64,000 nt of DNA, taken from Smithellaceae bacterium. Its GTDB lineage: Bacteria; Desulfobacterota; Syntrophia; Syntrophales; Smithellaceae. The translations under genes were made by a program, and so were the position numbers. The DNA is taken from the NCBI GenBank assembly GCA_963667845.2, contig CAXXVL010000002.1, positions 2,368,001 to 2,432,000 on the forward strand, read 5' to 3'. Below, piece after piece: positions 49,561-60,600 of the stretch. How positions within the stretch are numbered: position 1 is the first letter of the stretch; each line of letters starts with the position of its first letter. The notes under the pieces were generated by a model. The model was not told the DNA's origin. It saw only the letters and a program-made list of their open reading frames with translations, and did no database searches.

Positions 49561-50817
49561 ATGGCAAAACCGTTCTCCCCTCATTACCGCTGGTTCATTT
49601 TCGCGCTCTGCGCCGCAATCTTTATTATCTCCCAATTCTGGCGTGTCTCCAACGCTGTCGTTGCCAGCGACCTGAGCCATGACCTGGGTCTTTCCACGGA
49701 GAGTCTGGGATTACTCGGCGGCGCCTTTTTCTATAGCTTTTGCCTGGCGCAGCTGCCCATGGGATTCCTGCTGGACCGTTTCGGGGCCCGCGCCGTCATG
49801 AGCGGGCTGGCCTGCATCGGGGCGGCAAGTGCGATAATCTTTGCCCTCGCCGGCAGCGGCACCGCGGCGATATTGGCCCGGGCGGGAATCGGCATCGGGA
49901 TGGCCGCCGCCTTGATGGGCTCCTATAAAATATTTACCACCTGGTTTTCTCCTCATGAATTTGCCACCTTATCCGGCATCATGATCGCGCTGGGGAACAT
50001 GGGGGCTATGGGCGCCACCGCTCCGCTGGCCTTGCTGAGTGAAATCCTTGGCTGGCGCGGAGCTTTTCTCTGCATGGCCGTGATAACTTTGCTTCTGGCG
50101 GCTGCAATTTACCTGGTGGTCCGCGATCATCCGCAGAGGCCTGCAGGCCTGCCGCTTCCTGCCCCGCCCTCCGGGAGTGGCGTTTTTTCGGGACTCCGAA
50201 CCGTTCTGGGCAGCGGCCGTTTCTGGTGCCTGGCCCCGCTTGCCTTCGCTTCCTACGGCGTCATGATAACCATTCTGGGATTATGGGGCGGGCCTTACCT
50301 GATGCACGTCTGCGGCCTCAGTAAGACTCATGCCAGCGTTATTCTGCTGGCGACTCCGGTCGGGGCCGTTTGCGGTGCGCCTCTCTGGGGTCGTTTGTCC
50401 GATATCCTGAGGCGGCGAAAATTCCTGATTCTGATTGTGCAGGGGGTTTCATTGCTTCTCCTTTTCAGCATGATCATGGATCTGCAATTACCCCGCTGGG
50501 GCTTGCTCATGCAATACTGGCTGTTTGGTTTTGCCGGCGTTTCTTCTACGCTTCTTTACGTCCAGGTAAAAGAGACCTTTCCCCTCTCCATTGCCGGAAC
50601 CGCTCTGACCGGGCTGAATTTTTTTCTCATGCTGGGCGGCGCCGTCTTTCAGCACATGATGGGCATTATCATGGGGCACTGGACGCCGTCAGCAACCGGC
50701 GCTTTGCCTTTAGTGGCCTACCAGTGGGGCTTCGGCGTATCTGCCGCGGTGCTGGCTCTGACACTGATCGCATACATCGGCAGCCACGACACCACGCCGG
50801 AATCTGCGATGCCTTGA
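49561..50817 (+). CDS. MFS transporter
   Basis: GFLLDRFGAR and GRLSDILRRR motif A repeats; about 12 TM. Confidence 0.9.
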   Translation: MAKPFSPHYRWFIFALCAAIFIISQFWRVSNAVVASDLSHDLGLSTESLGLLGGAFFYSFCLAQLPMGFLLDRFGARAVMSGLACIGAASAIIFALAGSGTAAILARAGIGIGMAAALMGSYKIFTTWFSPHEFATLSGIMIALGNMGAMGATAPLALLSEILGWRGAFLCMAVITLLLAAAIYLVVRDHPQRPAGLPLPAPPSGSGVFSGLRTVLGSGRFWCLAPLAFASYGVMITILGLWGGPYLMHVCGLSKTHASVILLATPVGAVCGAPLWGRLSDILRRRKFLILIVQGVSLLLLFSMIMDLQLPRWGLLMQYWLFGFAGVSSTLLYVQVKETFPLSIAGTALTGLNFFLMLGGAVFQHMMGIIMGHWTPSATGALPLVAYQWGFGVSAAVLALTLIAYIGSHDTTPESAMP

Positions 50818-50983
50818 TCCTGGGGGAGGTCTGTCTGAAAGGCCATTTTGCCCCGGCAGAGAGCCCCGGAGAGCCTGCAGCCGGATTACGGAAATATCAT
50901 GCTTGTCGATAGCAACTTCTTTTGGCGAAATTACTCCGGATGGCGCGGGCCGTGAGCCCCGCGCCCCTTGCAGAAGAATAGAT

Positions 50984-52222
50984 CTAGCCCTTGTTTTCCA
51001 TCCATTTTTTTCCGCCCAGGACGCGGGCCACCATCATGCTCGAGACATTGTCGCCCACTGCGTTGACCATCGTTGCGGGGGCGTCCACCAGCGTGCCGAT
51101 CATGGTGATGAGCAGAAATGCTTCGGGCGGAAATCCGTAGAGTGATAAAATCAGCAGCTCGCCGATCGTCCCGCCGCCGGGAATGCCGCTCACGACCACG
51201 CCGGTCAGAAGGGCGATGCCCAGGGCGGTGAGAATCGTTTCCATGCCGGTAAAGGGCATGTGATAGATGCCGAACAGAAAAGCGATTTTTAAAACCGCGG
51301 CCAGGCACGAACCCTCCATGTGGATCGTAGCGCCGATGGGGATGACGACTTCACTGATGTCTCTGGGCACCCCGATTTTATCCGCCGCCTGCAGATTGGA
51401 GGGAATGGTCGCCATGGAGCTGCCGGTGGCGAGCGCCATGACGGACGGCGGGATAATGTTCTTCCAGAACGATTTGACGCCGGCTGTGCGTCCGGCAAAC
51501 CAGGCATACGCCGTAAAAGCAATCAAGAAATACAAAACGGCTGTCGGATAATAGACGGCCATGGCGCGCGCATACGAACCTAAAAGCTCCGGACCGAAGG
51601 TGCCGACCAGATAGGCAAAGTAGGCGCAAAGGCCGACGGGTGCATAATACATGATGTAGGAAATCAGCTTCATCATGACAACGTTTGCCGACGCCAGAAA
51701 TCCGGCAAAGGCTTTGCCTTTCTCTCCCGCTGCCGATGCTGCAAGCCCGACCCCGATCGAGAAGATGATCAAAGCCAGCATGTTGTTTTTGGATAAAAGA
51801 TTGGAGAAATCAGGGACGGTGAAGGCCCGGACGATCTGCTCGCCGGTCTTCATCTGCTGAATGTCCACCGCTGCCGCGAGCGGAATCGCGACGCCGGAAG
51901 CGGGCGGGAAGAGAATGACGGCGGCAATCATGACCGCTGATGCGATGAGGCCCGTGACGACGAAGATCAGGATCATCACAAAAAGAATTTTACCCAGCCG
52001 CCTCAGATTGGACATGGAAGCGACGGTGGCCGAGATGGAAAAAAAGACCAGCGGCACGATAACGGTGAAAAGCAGGTTCAGAAATATATCGCCCAGCGGC
52101 TTGAGCACGGCCGCGTCTTTTTTGAAGACGACGCCGATCGCCGCCCCGATCAGGATGGATACGATAAGCAGGAGTGAAAATCCGTAGGACTTCAAAAAAG
52201 GCGGCATATTTGACTTGGCCAT
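50984..52222 (-). CDS. Dicarboxylate/amino acid:cation symporter (DAACS)
   Basis: LGDIFLNLL, IVPLVFFS, TGSSMATIP, PIGATIHMEG, GIPGG, TMVNAVGD. Confidence 0.9.
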   Translation of the reverse strand: MAKSNMPPFLKSYGFSLLLIVSILIGAAIGVVFKKDAAVLKPLGDIFLNLLFTVIVPLVFFSISATVASMSNLRRLGKILFVMILIFVVTGLIASAVMIAAVILFPPASGVAIPLAAAVDIQQMKTGEQIVRAFTVPDFSNLLSKNNMLALIIFSIGVGLAASAAGEKGKAFAGFLASANVVMMKLISYIMYYAPVGLCAYFAYLVGTFGPELLGSYARAMAVYYPTAVLYFLIAFTAYAWFAGRTAGVKSFWKNIIPPSVMALATGSSMATIPSNLQAADKIGVPRDISEVVIPIGATIHMEGSCLAAVLKIAFLFGIYHMPFTGMETILTALGIALLTGVVVSGIPGGGTIGELLILSLYGFPPEAFLLITMIGTLVDAPATMVNAVGDNVSSMMVARVLGGKKWMENKG

Positions 52223-52224
52223 GG

Positions 52225-52992
52225 TTACTTCACCGGGAAATTGAAGAAGGTCTCGGGATGCGGTTCATTGTTGAGGGTGAAGTGCCACCACTCCTGGTCG
52301 TAGTTTCGAAACCCGTATTTGGCCATCAGCGTTTTCAGAAGCAGGCGGTTGGCGCGATGCTGCGGGCTCAGGTTGATATTTTCCGGGTGCGACGCCACAT
52401 CGAAACAGTCAAACCCCGTGCCCATGTCGAGCGAATTATCCGCGAAGCGAACGCCGGCAGGGAGATAGCAAGCCTTGAGCGGCTGGCCTGCGACATAGGA
52501 AGGTTGAAGCGGCGCGGGCAGCGACACGATCGTCAGATCCACCGTGCTGCCGCGGCTGTGGCTGGAGCGCTCCGCAATGTAGCCGTCGCTGAAGAGATTT
52601 CGCTTATTCACTGTGGGATAGAACTCTTTCTGCGTTTTGGTATCGTCGATATCTTTTGCCCAGCGCACGAAATGATCGACGGCTCTCTGCGGGCGGTAGC
52701 AGTCATAAATTTTGATGCTCATGGAAAACGGCGCCAGGTCCTTTTGCACATAGGCGAGCGCCTGTGCCGCCTGCCTCGTCAGGATGCAGGCCGGGGCTTC
52801 ATAGCCTTCCACCCGGACGCCCAGGAAATTGTGATCGGTATAATAACGGATATCCAGCAGGGCATCGGGAATAATCTCCTGGATGTGGACAAAAGAATCG
52901 GGCAACGTATCGGCCCCGGGCGACGATGAAGGCAGGGCGGCAAGGGCCAGTGCCGCCAGCAGCACCGAGGGCAGAAATATTTTAAATTTCAC
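52225..52992 (-). CDS. D-Ala-D-Ala dipeptidase (VanX/DdpX, M15D) with signal peptide
   Basis: YDCYRPQ, SSHSRGSTVD, MGTGFD, EWWH. Confidence 0.9.
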   Translation of the reverse strand: MKFKIFLPSVLLAALALAALPSSSPGADTLPDSFVHIQEIIPDALLDIRYYTDHNFLGVRVEGYEAPACILTRQAAQALAYVQKDLAPFSMSIKIYDCYRPQRAVDHFVRWAKDIDDTKTQKEFYPTVNKRNLFSDGYIAERSSHSRGSTVDLTIVSLPAPLQPSYVAGQPLKACYLPAGVRFADNSLDMGTGFDCFDVASHPENINLSPQHRANRLLLKTLMAKYGFRNYDQEWWHFTLNNEPHPETFFNFPVK

Positions 52993-53005
52993 AGAATGAT
53001 CCTCC

Positions 53006-53731
53006 TTATGGAATGGGGTCGGGATTGATAAATATGACGGGCTTGGCCGCCGGGTCGAGCCAGGCCAGAATGCTCAGGATGTCTTCTTCGGAAACGGCGA
53101 CGCACCCCGCAGTCGTCGATCGCGCGCCGGCCCAGATATGTAAAAAGATCGCGCTGCCATAGCCTTTGATGACCGGGTCGGTATTGTATTCGATGACCAC
53201 TCCATATTTATAGAGGTCATCGTCGCGTTTCATCTTTTCAAAAGAGGCGGCCCGGGTCTCGCTTTGTTTGACCCAGCGGTTGTAATCCGCGGCATTGATA
53301 TCATCCACCCAGAGGTCGTCCGCCCCAGCCTGGCGGTAGGGCATTTTTGTGGCGGCCGATTCGGCATATCCGAAAACCACTCCCAGCCGGTAAAGCCCGG
53401 AGGGCGTCCGTCCGTCGCCTTCGCGTTTTTCTCCGGGCGGCGCGAATCCGTTTCTGCCGACAACAGCGTCCACGGGTGCCCGCGCTTCGCGCCAGGCCCG
53501 ACCGGCCTTTTCCAGAGCGTAGACCTTTCTCGATGTCCAGAAAAGGAAACTGTCATCGACGACCAGCAGAACCTGGCTTGTATCGGGGGGGACGTTCTTG
53601 TCCACTGAAACAAGCGCGTCCGTCTTTATTTTATTGGGGGAAGGAAAACAGGCGCAGGCCGCGAGCGCAAGAACAGTCATCGCAAGCACTGTAAAACGGA
53701 CTATCTTTCCGAACAGACATCTTCTCTTCAC
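53006..53731 (-). CDS. YkuD/L,D-transpeptidase-family protein, probable lipoprotein
   Basis: KREGDGRTPSG, GSAIFLH...TAGCV catalytic motif; LAAC lipobox-like. Confidence 0.85.
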   Translation of the reverse strand: MKRRCLFGKIVRFTVLAMTVLALAACACFPSPNKIKTDALVSVDKNVPPDTSQVLLVVDDSFLFWTSRKVYALEKAGRAWREARAPVDAVVGRNGFAPPGEKREGDGRTPSGLYRLGVVFGYAESAATKMPYRQAGADDLWVDDINAADYNRWVKQSETRAASFEKMKRDDDLYKYGVVIEYNTDPVIKGYGSAIFLHIWAGARSTTAGCVAVSEEDILSILAWLDPAAKPVIFINPDPIP

Positions 53732-53983
53732 GGCTGCACCTCTTGTGCGGGTATTTGTAATTTAAAGCAGAACGTTTTTCAACATAATTATCCATGCGTG
53801 CCGAAAAATGCACAGATTTTAGATGGGGATAGATCAGATCCGCTGCAAAAATGATATTGACGTATCCCACACCTGAAGATTAATATTTAAGCTCATTGAG
53901 CGTCTGCGCTCATTGCTCTTTTTCTTTCCGGTTTAGGGCAATGTTCGCAAGGTAATGCAGCGACGGATCGGGGAATATTTTAG

Positions 53984-55261
53984 ATGGTGATTGAAGATCG
54001 CAGAAAAGGCAGACGAACAGCCGGCGATATCCGGAGAATCAAGGACCTGATCGAGCGTTATGAATTCCTGATTCAAAATACGCGCGATATCGTCCTGACC
54101 ATCCGCCGCCGCGACGGGAAGATCCTGGATGCGAACGCAGCAGCGGTCAAGGCGTATCGGTATACCCTCGCTGAATTCCTGTCCATGACGGTCGATCGAT
54201 TGGGAACGGCCCCGCTGTCCGCGATTGCGGCCCACCATCCGGATGAGGCCGGGTCGGAGGGCGTTACATTTGAAGCCACCCATATAAGGAAAAATGGTAA
54301 AACGTTCCCCGTGAGAGTTGTTATCGAAGGGGCGGGGACCGGCAGTGAAAAGACTCTCCTGTGCATGATCCATGAGCTGACCGGGCATCGGCAGGTGCAG
54401 GACGCGATGCACGAAACGGAAAACAACATGCGCGCACTCTTAAACGCCGTTACCGAGTCTTTGCTCCTGGCGGATAAAGACGGAACCGTTCTGACGGTGA
54501 ACGACGCGTTCGCCAGGCGTCTGCGCATCGGCGTCAACAAAATCATCGGCGCCAATTACTACGACCTGCTGCCGGCGGATACGGCGAAAGAGAGAAGGAA
54601 ACAGGCGGAAATTGCGATCCGCAGCGGCAAACCCGTGCGCTTTGAGGATACGCACAATAAACGCTTTATCGATCAGGTCATTTATCCGGTATTCGACAGG
54701 AAGGGCAGGGTGGCCAGACTCGCCTTTTTCGGCGCGGATATTACAAGGCGCCGTGAAATGGAGAAAGAACTGGAGTCGATGGCGCTCACGGATCAGTTGA
54801 CCGGCCTGTTTAATCGGCGGGGGTTCTTTACGCTGGCCAGGCGTGAACTGAAAAGGGCCGAGCGGTCGGCAAACGGCATGCTTCTCTTCTTTGCCGATCT
54901 TGACGGCTTAAAGAGCATTAATGACCACTTCGGCCATAAAGAAGGCGACCGTGCGTTGATTGCCTCCGCGAAAATATTAGCGCAGACCTTCCGGACATCC
55001 GATATCGTCTCCAGGATCGGCGGGGACGAATTTGCCATCCTGGTTATCGATGCCGACGAAGCAATGAGGGAAAAATTATTGCTGCGGCTGGACCGGTTGA
55101 TGAATAATCTGAATGCCCGAAAAACCGTCAAAGCGAAAGTGGCCATCAGCATCGGGCACGCCGTCTTTGATCCGGGCAAACCCGTAACACTGGACGAGCT
55201 CCTTTCCCGCGCCGATCAGCAAATGTATAAAATGAAGAAGATCAAATACCGCCGGGCGTAA
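53984..55261 (+). CDS. PAS-PAS diguanylate cyclase
   Basis: DQLTGLFNRR, INDHFGHKEGD, RTSD I-site, GGDEF. Confidence 0.92.
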   Translation: MVIEDRRKGRRTAGDIRRIKDLIERYEFLIQNTRDIVLTIRRRDGKILDANAAAVKAYRYTLAEFLSMTVDRLGTAPLSAIAAHHPDEAGSEGVTFEATHIRKNGKTFPVRVVIEGAGTGSEKTLLCMIHELTGHRQVQDAMHETENNMRALLNAVTESLLLADKDGTVLTVNDAFARRLRIGVNKIIGANYYDLLPADTAKERRKQAEIAIRSGKPVRFEDTHNKRFIDQVIYPVFDRKGRVARLAFFGADITRRREMEKELESMALTDQLTGLFNRRGFFTLARRELKRAERSANGMLLFFADLDGLKSINDHFGHKEGDRALIASAKILAQTFRTSDIVSRIGGDEFAILVIDADEAMREKLLLRLDRLMNNLNARKTVKAKVAISIGHAVFDPGKPVTLDELLSRADQQMYKMKKIKYRRA

Positions 55262-55270
55262 AAGCCGGAT

Positions 55271-57382
55271 TTATTTCACTTCAAATTCCACCGAATCAAC
55301 AATCTTATTTTGCCCGCAGGTAAGCGCAAGGACGTGCCGGCCGGGTTGCGGCGTCCAGAGGATGGTTTCTCCCTGATCCGGAAGGGTCAAGTCGTCAAGC
55401 ACCCAGTGACTGGAGGCACTGCCCGCCGCCCCGGAAACAAAGCTGACCTTTTGCAGATGACCGGGGATATCGGGGTCCAGTGCAATAAGCGTCCCGGCAG
55501 GCGGGTAAATAATGCGGCACCCCTTGCGGACGGACGTGGTCTCGCGATTTTCCGGCTGGGTTCCGGCAATGAACCACTCCGGGCGATCATTCTCTCCGGG
55601 CGGTTTTGTCCGGACAAGACCTGCGGGCGCGGCCGGGTGAAATGAGGCATCGCGGGCGTGCAGATCATTCATCACGGTACACCAGACCGGAGCCGCTCCG
55701 GCAATGCCGCTGACGTTCCACATGGACGCGCCGGAGAAATTCCCCACCCAGACCCCGACGGTATAGCGCTGCGAAAAGCCTACGCACCAATTGTCGCGCA
55801 TATCTTTGCTGGTGCCCGTCTTGACGGCGCTCCAGTAGCGCGTGGCCAGCGGATTCTCCAGGCCGAACGTGGAACTTCGCGCATCGCGGTCTGCCAGGAT
55901 ATCCGCAACGATAAAAGCGGCCGCGGGCGAAAATACGCTCTTCCGGGAGGCTGCGGGGCGTCCGGGTTCCGATGTCAGGTGCGCTTCGCTCCACACGCCT
56001 CTGTTGGCGAGCGCCCGGTAGGCATTCGTCAGTTCCCAGAGGCTCATGTCCGCCGATCCCAGCGCCAGCGACAGTCCGTAAAAATCTCCCGATTCTTCGA
56101 GATGGCGAATGCCGAGTTCACGCAGAATATTTAGAAAGGATTCCGTGCCGACAAGCGAAAGCGTCCGCACCGCGGGCACGTTCAGCGATGATGCCAGGGC
56201 GATGCGTGCGCTCACGGGGCCGTGAAAAGACAAATCATAGTTGCCCGGCTGATAGATGCCGAAGGGATAAGCGACATCGAGCGGCGAGTCGTCCAGGACG
56301 GACGCGGCTGTCAGCAAGCGCTGGTCAAACGCCGTGGCATAAAGAAACGGCTTCAGGGTGGAGCCGGTTTGCCTCCGCGCACGGACGCCGTCCACAAACG
56401 TTCCCGCGGACGTCTGTGCGCTGTAACTGACATAGGCCAGGACATCGCCGGTTTTGTTCTCCAGGACCACGAGTGCGCCCTGCCTCGCATTTTGATCGGC
56501 AAGAGCGTTGACCTGCCGCGCCAGGTGCTCCGCGGCGAACTTCTGCAGGCGGGCATCGAGCGTCGAGCGGATCCGTGTTCCCGCCGGTTGATCTTTCAAA
56601 AGCAGTCTGGCCGCATGCGGCGCCAGATTGGCGCGCGGCTGAATGTGATCAATTCCCAGGCAAAGCTCCTGGACTTTGCCCTGGGCCGCGGCATTCGCCA
56701 CGTTCCAGGCAAGTTGCCGGTTCAGATTCTGCACCCGCACCGTAAGAGCCCGGACGCCGGCGTTGGGCGCGCGGATAAGGGACGCGAGAATGAGCGACTC
56801 CGCCCGGTCCAGGCCGTGCGGATTTTTTCCGAACAGGCCCCGGGACGCGGCGGCGACGCCCGAGTATTCTCCGCGGAAGGTCACCAGGTTCAGGTAGGCT
56901 TCCAGAATTTCATTTTTCGACCAGCGTTTTTCAATATCGCGCGCCAGGAATATTTGCGTCGTCTTTTGCGAGAGAGTCCGCTGCCGGACCCTGGTGGCCG
57001 CGCCCTTGTTCAGGAAAGAAGCAAGCTGCATCGTAATCGTGCTTGCGCCGCGCTGCCCGGAGCCGGACAGATAGCCAAGCGCCGCCGCGCCGAGCGCCTG
57101 GTAGTCCACGCCCGCATGCGCGTAAAAGCGTTTGTCTTCGGAGCACAGGACCGCTTCTTTCAAGGACGGGGAAATATCGTCAAGCGCCGTCCAGTCGAGC
57201 CTCCTACCCTGCTTATCGGCGCGCAGTTCGTGCAGGATCACTCCCTGTCGATCCAGAAGCAGGGAATCCGATTTGACATGCGCCTGCCGCACCTCCTGAA
57301 AAGAGGGCAGGGCATGGGCCTCTCCCGCCAGAAGAATCGCGACCGCAAAAAAAGCCAAAATAAATTTTAGAATGTTGTTCAT
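55271..57382 (-). CDS. pbpC: Penicillin-binding protein 1C
   Basis: EDKRF, GASTITMQLA, STLK, SLN, KTG; downstream of alpha-2-macroglobulin. Confidence 0.92.
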   Translation of the reverse strand: MNNILKFILAFFAVAILLAGEAHALPSFQEVRQAHVKSDSLLLDRQGVILHELRADKQGRRLDWTALDDISPSLKEAVLCSEDKRFYAHAGVDYQALGAAALGYLSGSGQRGASTITMQLASFLNKGAATRVRQRTLSQKTTQIFLARDIEKRWSKNEILEAYLNLVTFRGEYSGVAAASRGLFGKNPHGLDRAESLILASLIRAPNAGVRALTVRVQNLNRQLAWNVANAAAQGKVQELCLGIDHIQPRANLAPHAARLLLKDQPAGTRIRSTLDARLQKFAAEHLARQVNALADQNARQGALVVLENKTGDVLAYVSYSAQTSAGTFVDGVRARRQTGSTLKPFLYATAFDQRLLTAASVLDDSPLDVAYPFGIYQPGNYDLSFHGPVSARIALASSLNVPAVRTLSLVGTESFLNILRELGIRHLEESGDFYGLSLALGSADMSLWELTNAYRALANRGVWSEAHLTSEPGRPAASRKSVFSPAAAFIVADILADRDARSSTFGLENPLATRYWSAVKTGTSKDMRDNWCVGFSQRYTVGVWVGNFSGASMWNVSGIAGAAPVWCTVMNDLHARDASFHPAAPAGLVRTKPPGENDRPEWFIAGTQPENRETTSVRKGCRIIYPPAGTLIALDPDIPGHLQKVSFVSGAAGSASSHWVLDDLTLPDQGETILWTPQPGRHVLALTCGQNKIVDSVEFEVK

Positions 57383-57521
57383 ACTCTCTACAGCCTGGTA
57401 ATCTGACAGCCGACAATGTCTGTCTTTCCTCACCCCAACCCTCTCCCACGCGTGCCCTTTAGGGTATCGAGTGAGCGGGAAGTACTGTCGGGCTGGTGCG
57501 GGCTTCCTTCCTCATCCATCA

Positions 57522-57630
57522 GACCTTGAACTTTCTGCTTGCCGCTTGCCGCTTGCCCCTTAACCTTGAGCCTTGAGCCTTGAGCCTCGAGCCTTGGACC
57601 TTGCACCTTGCACCTTGCACCTTGCACCTT
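57522..57630. repeat. Degenerate heptamer tandem repeats
   Basis: GCTTGCC, CCTTGAG and CCTTGCA 7-mer runs between A2M and pbpC. Confidence 0.9.
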
Positions 57631-57632
57631 TT

Positions 57633-60600
57633 TTATGGCGCGACCGTCATGGCCGCGTTCGGCATCTCGCCCAGCATCTCAGGGTAATACATTGCTTCCA
57701 CTCTTGTCGCGGGCAGGTGGAAGGTGCCGCCCGTGTTGAGCCGGATCGTATATTCGACGCGCCATGTTCCCTTGGGAACAAATTCGTAATACGCGCGAAA
57801 CGCTTCAAATGAGCGCTCTTCAAACGCCGGCCAGACCCAGCCTTCCTTCTTTTCGCCGCTGGTCAGCATTTCCGAATCGCGGCCCAGGCCTCCGCCCAGG
57901 ATCGTCGTTCCCGCCGGCACAGGATCATTCACCACCACCCAGGTCTGGTCCGCCTGCGCTTCCAGATCCAGGCGTATGCGGATCACGTCGCCCCTCGTCC
58001 AGCGCTGCGGGTTTTTCTGCGATACGGCGGTGATCGTCTTCTTAATCCTGTAGCCGCTGGAGAATGGTTCTTTGAGCGGGATCGCGGCCAGGCTCGAAAC
58101 GGTCAGCCAGGGCTTGCCCGTCCCCGTGTGATTCACGCTGAGGGCCGATTTTTTTTGCGGCCAGGCCAGGAGTTCCGACCTGCCCCTGGGGTCGGTGTTC
58201 CATTTGAGCACTCTGGTCTGCTGAGCAAGAGTTGTTGCCGTCTGGCCGCCGACCGGCACGGCTTCAAAGGTTTTGGAGAATTTGTCCATCGCCAGCACAC
58301 CCCAGGCATTGGCCACGGTCAAGTCCCAGTGGCCGCGCTTTTGCCGGGCCAGGGCGCCCTGGGCGAGCCTGGGCATGTCTTCCTTCCAGCCCGGTTCATT
58401 CATGAGAGTGATGAGCGCGCGGACGGCGTTTACGTCCACGGACACCATGAGCCACCAGAGCCTGTCGGACCGCTCTGTGGAAAATCCCATGGTCGTACCC
58501 TGGAAGTTCATCCGTGAACGCAGAATCTGCTCGGCTTCCCTGATGCGCGCTTCTCTTTGCGGAAGGTCCCGGACGTTGCGCAGAATATTGCGCCAATCGA
58601 TCAGAGCCGAGGTCGGCCAGAGATTCGGGTCGATGCTGATCGAGCCCAGCATTGCGGCCGTGGCTTTCCCGTCGCGCGACAGGGCCTCGATGGCCGCGAG
58701 CTTGCGGATGCTCAGATCGGCGGCGGAAAAGGACGATGCACAAATGAACTTTCCGTCGATAAAATTTTTGAGACCGCTTTGCATCTTTTCCCTGGCGGCT
58801 TCCGGAATGATCAGGCCCGCTTCATGGGCGATGGCCAGAATATAGGCGGTGAGCGACGGTGAGCCGCACAGAAAACTCATCGGGAAATACCGGGCGAGCC
58901 CCGTGTCGTCCAGATGCGCGGGCAGCTTCGCCATCGTTTCCTTCCAGAGCGCGGCGTCGTGCAGCGCTATGGCCCGCGAGATTCTTTGCTCCAGGCAGGT
59001 ATAGGAATACCGCCTCATGTAATCCGTAACCCCGTCGAGGCCATCCGAAATTTTCGGTTTCAGGGTGGTCTTCACGCCGCCGCGGCCGGCCAGCGCGTCC
59101 GCGGGCCGCTCCACATCCATCCGGAAGGGCGAATCAAGCTGCGTGATCGTTGCCTGGTATGTTCTTACGGGCGTTGCGGGAACGATTGCCTGCGCGATTT
59201 TGATGCGGTCGGCGGCGCCGGATTTCGTGTCTTTCGCGTCAATCGTCCAATGCATTTTTTCGATGCCGAAAGGCGCAGTCGCATTCCAGCCGATTTCTTT
59301 GGACTCGCCGGCGGCAAGCGTGGCGTGCAGAGGTTCGATCTGCCATTTCATTTCCGAAACGGTCGCCCGAAGCGTGACCTCCATCGGCTGGTTCGTGGTG
59401 TTGCGGAGAGTAAATCCGGCGAAAAATTTATCTCCCTCGCGGATGAGCGGGGTGACACCGGAAAGAACCATCAGGTCCTGCGTCGAGCGGATGGATGCAT
59501 AGCCCGTTCCGAAATAGCCCGCGCCCGCCGTGGCCACGGCCACAATGCGGAAGCTGGTCAGCGAATCATTGATCGGTACCTCCAGGGATGCTTCGCCTCT
59601 GGCGTCCAGGGTGACGCGCCCTTTCCACAACAGGAGCGGATCGAACATTTCGCGCGTGGGTTCGTGTCCCGGTCCCAGCCCTCCGCCGCCGCCCTGCGCC
59701 AGAGCCTTGAGGCCGAAGTGGCGTTTGCCGACAACCTGCATCTGGGCGGTCGCGGTTTTCACGCTGGTGCCGCGGCGTCCCATCATGGCCGCAAGGATCT
59801 CCCAACTGCGGTTGGGCATCAATTCCAATAATCCTTCATCGACTGCCGCCACGGCGACTTCCGCGTGGGCAGGCAGCGCCTGACCCGAGGCGGTGAGAAC
59901 CTTGATTTTGACTTTCGCCTTGTCGCGGACTTTGTAAATTTTCGCATCCGGGGTGACGGATACTTTCAGCTCATGATTCTTCCAGCCCACGTTGATTTCG
60001 GCAATGCCGAGTTTATAGGCAGGTTTCCCGAGGTCCACCTTGTTTCCGGGCCCAATACCGGCAACGCGCCCGCGCACGAGAAGCGCGGAGATATAGACGT
60101 TGGGCGCATACGATGCCTTGACCGGAATCTCAATGACCGGATTCTTGCCGGAGAGCGGCCTGACCCACGTATCCAGAATGCCCTCGCGCTCGACCGTCAC
60201 AAGCGCGGTGGCCTCGCGAAACGGCATCCGCACCTGGAAGACGGCCTTGTCGCCCGGTTCATAACGCTTCTTTTCCGCAATCAGATCGATCCGGTCGGAG
60301 TCGCTGACATCAAACCACCAGTCTTCCTTGTCGGCAACCCAGATGTCCCGGTTGGCGATGGTCCTGTGTCCGGCCGCATCCGCACTTTCGGCCTGCAAAA
60401 TTACGTTGCCGGAAACGGGCGCCTTGGCTTCGCAAACGAGCAGGCCGCGCGCGCCGGTTTTTCCCTCGCAGATCGTGCCGATATTTTTGGTCTCGGTCGT
60501 GTGCTCATAGGCGTAAAAGCCGCCGATCAGCCTTTTGCGGTGCGAGTAGGTCTTGCGCTCCAGGATATTGACCTTCACCGCTGCGCCGATCACGGGTGCG

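Noticed and set aside
52225..52992. Vancomycin-resistance determinant
   Set aside because: VanX-like dipeptidase without vanH/vanA/vanRS in a diderm context; a housekeeping or salvage role is more plausible
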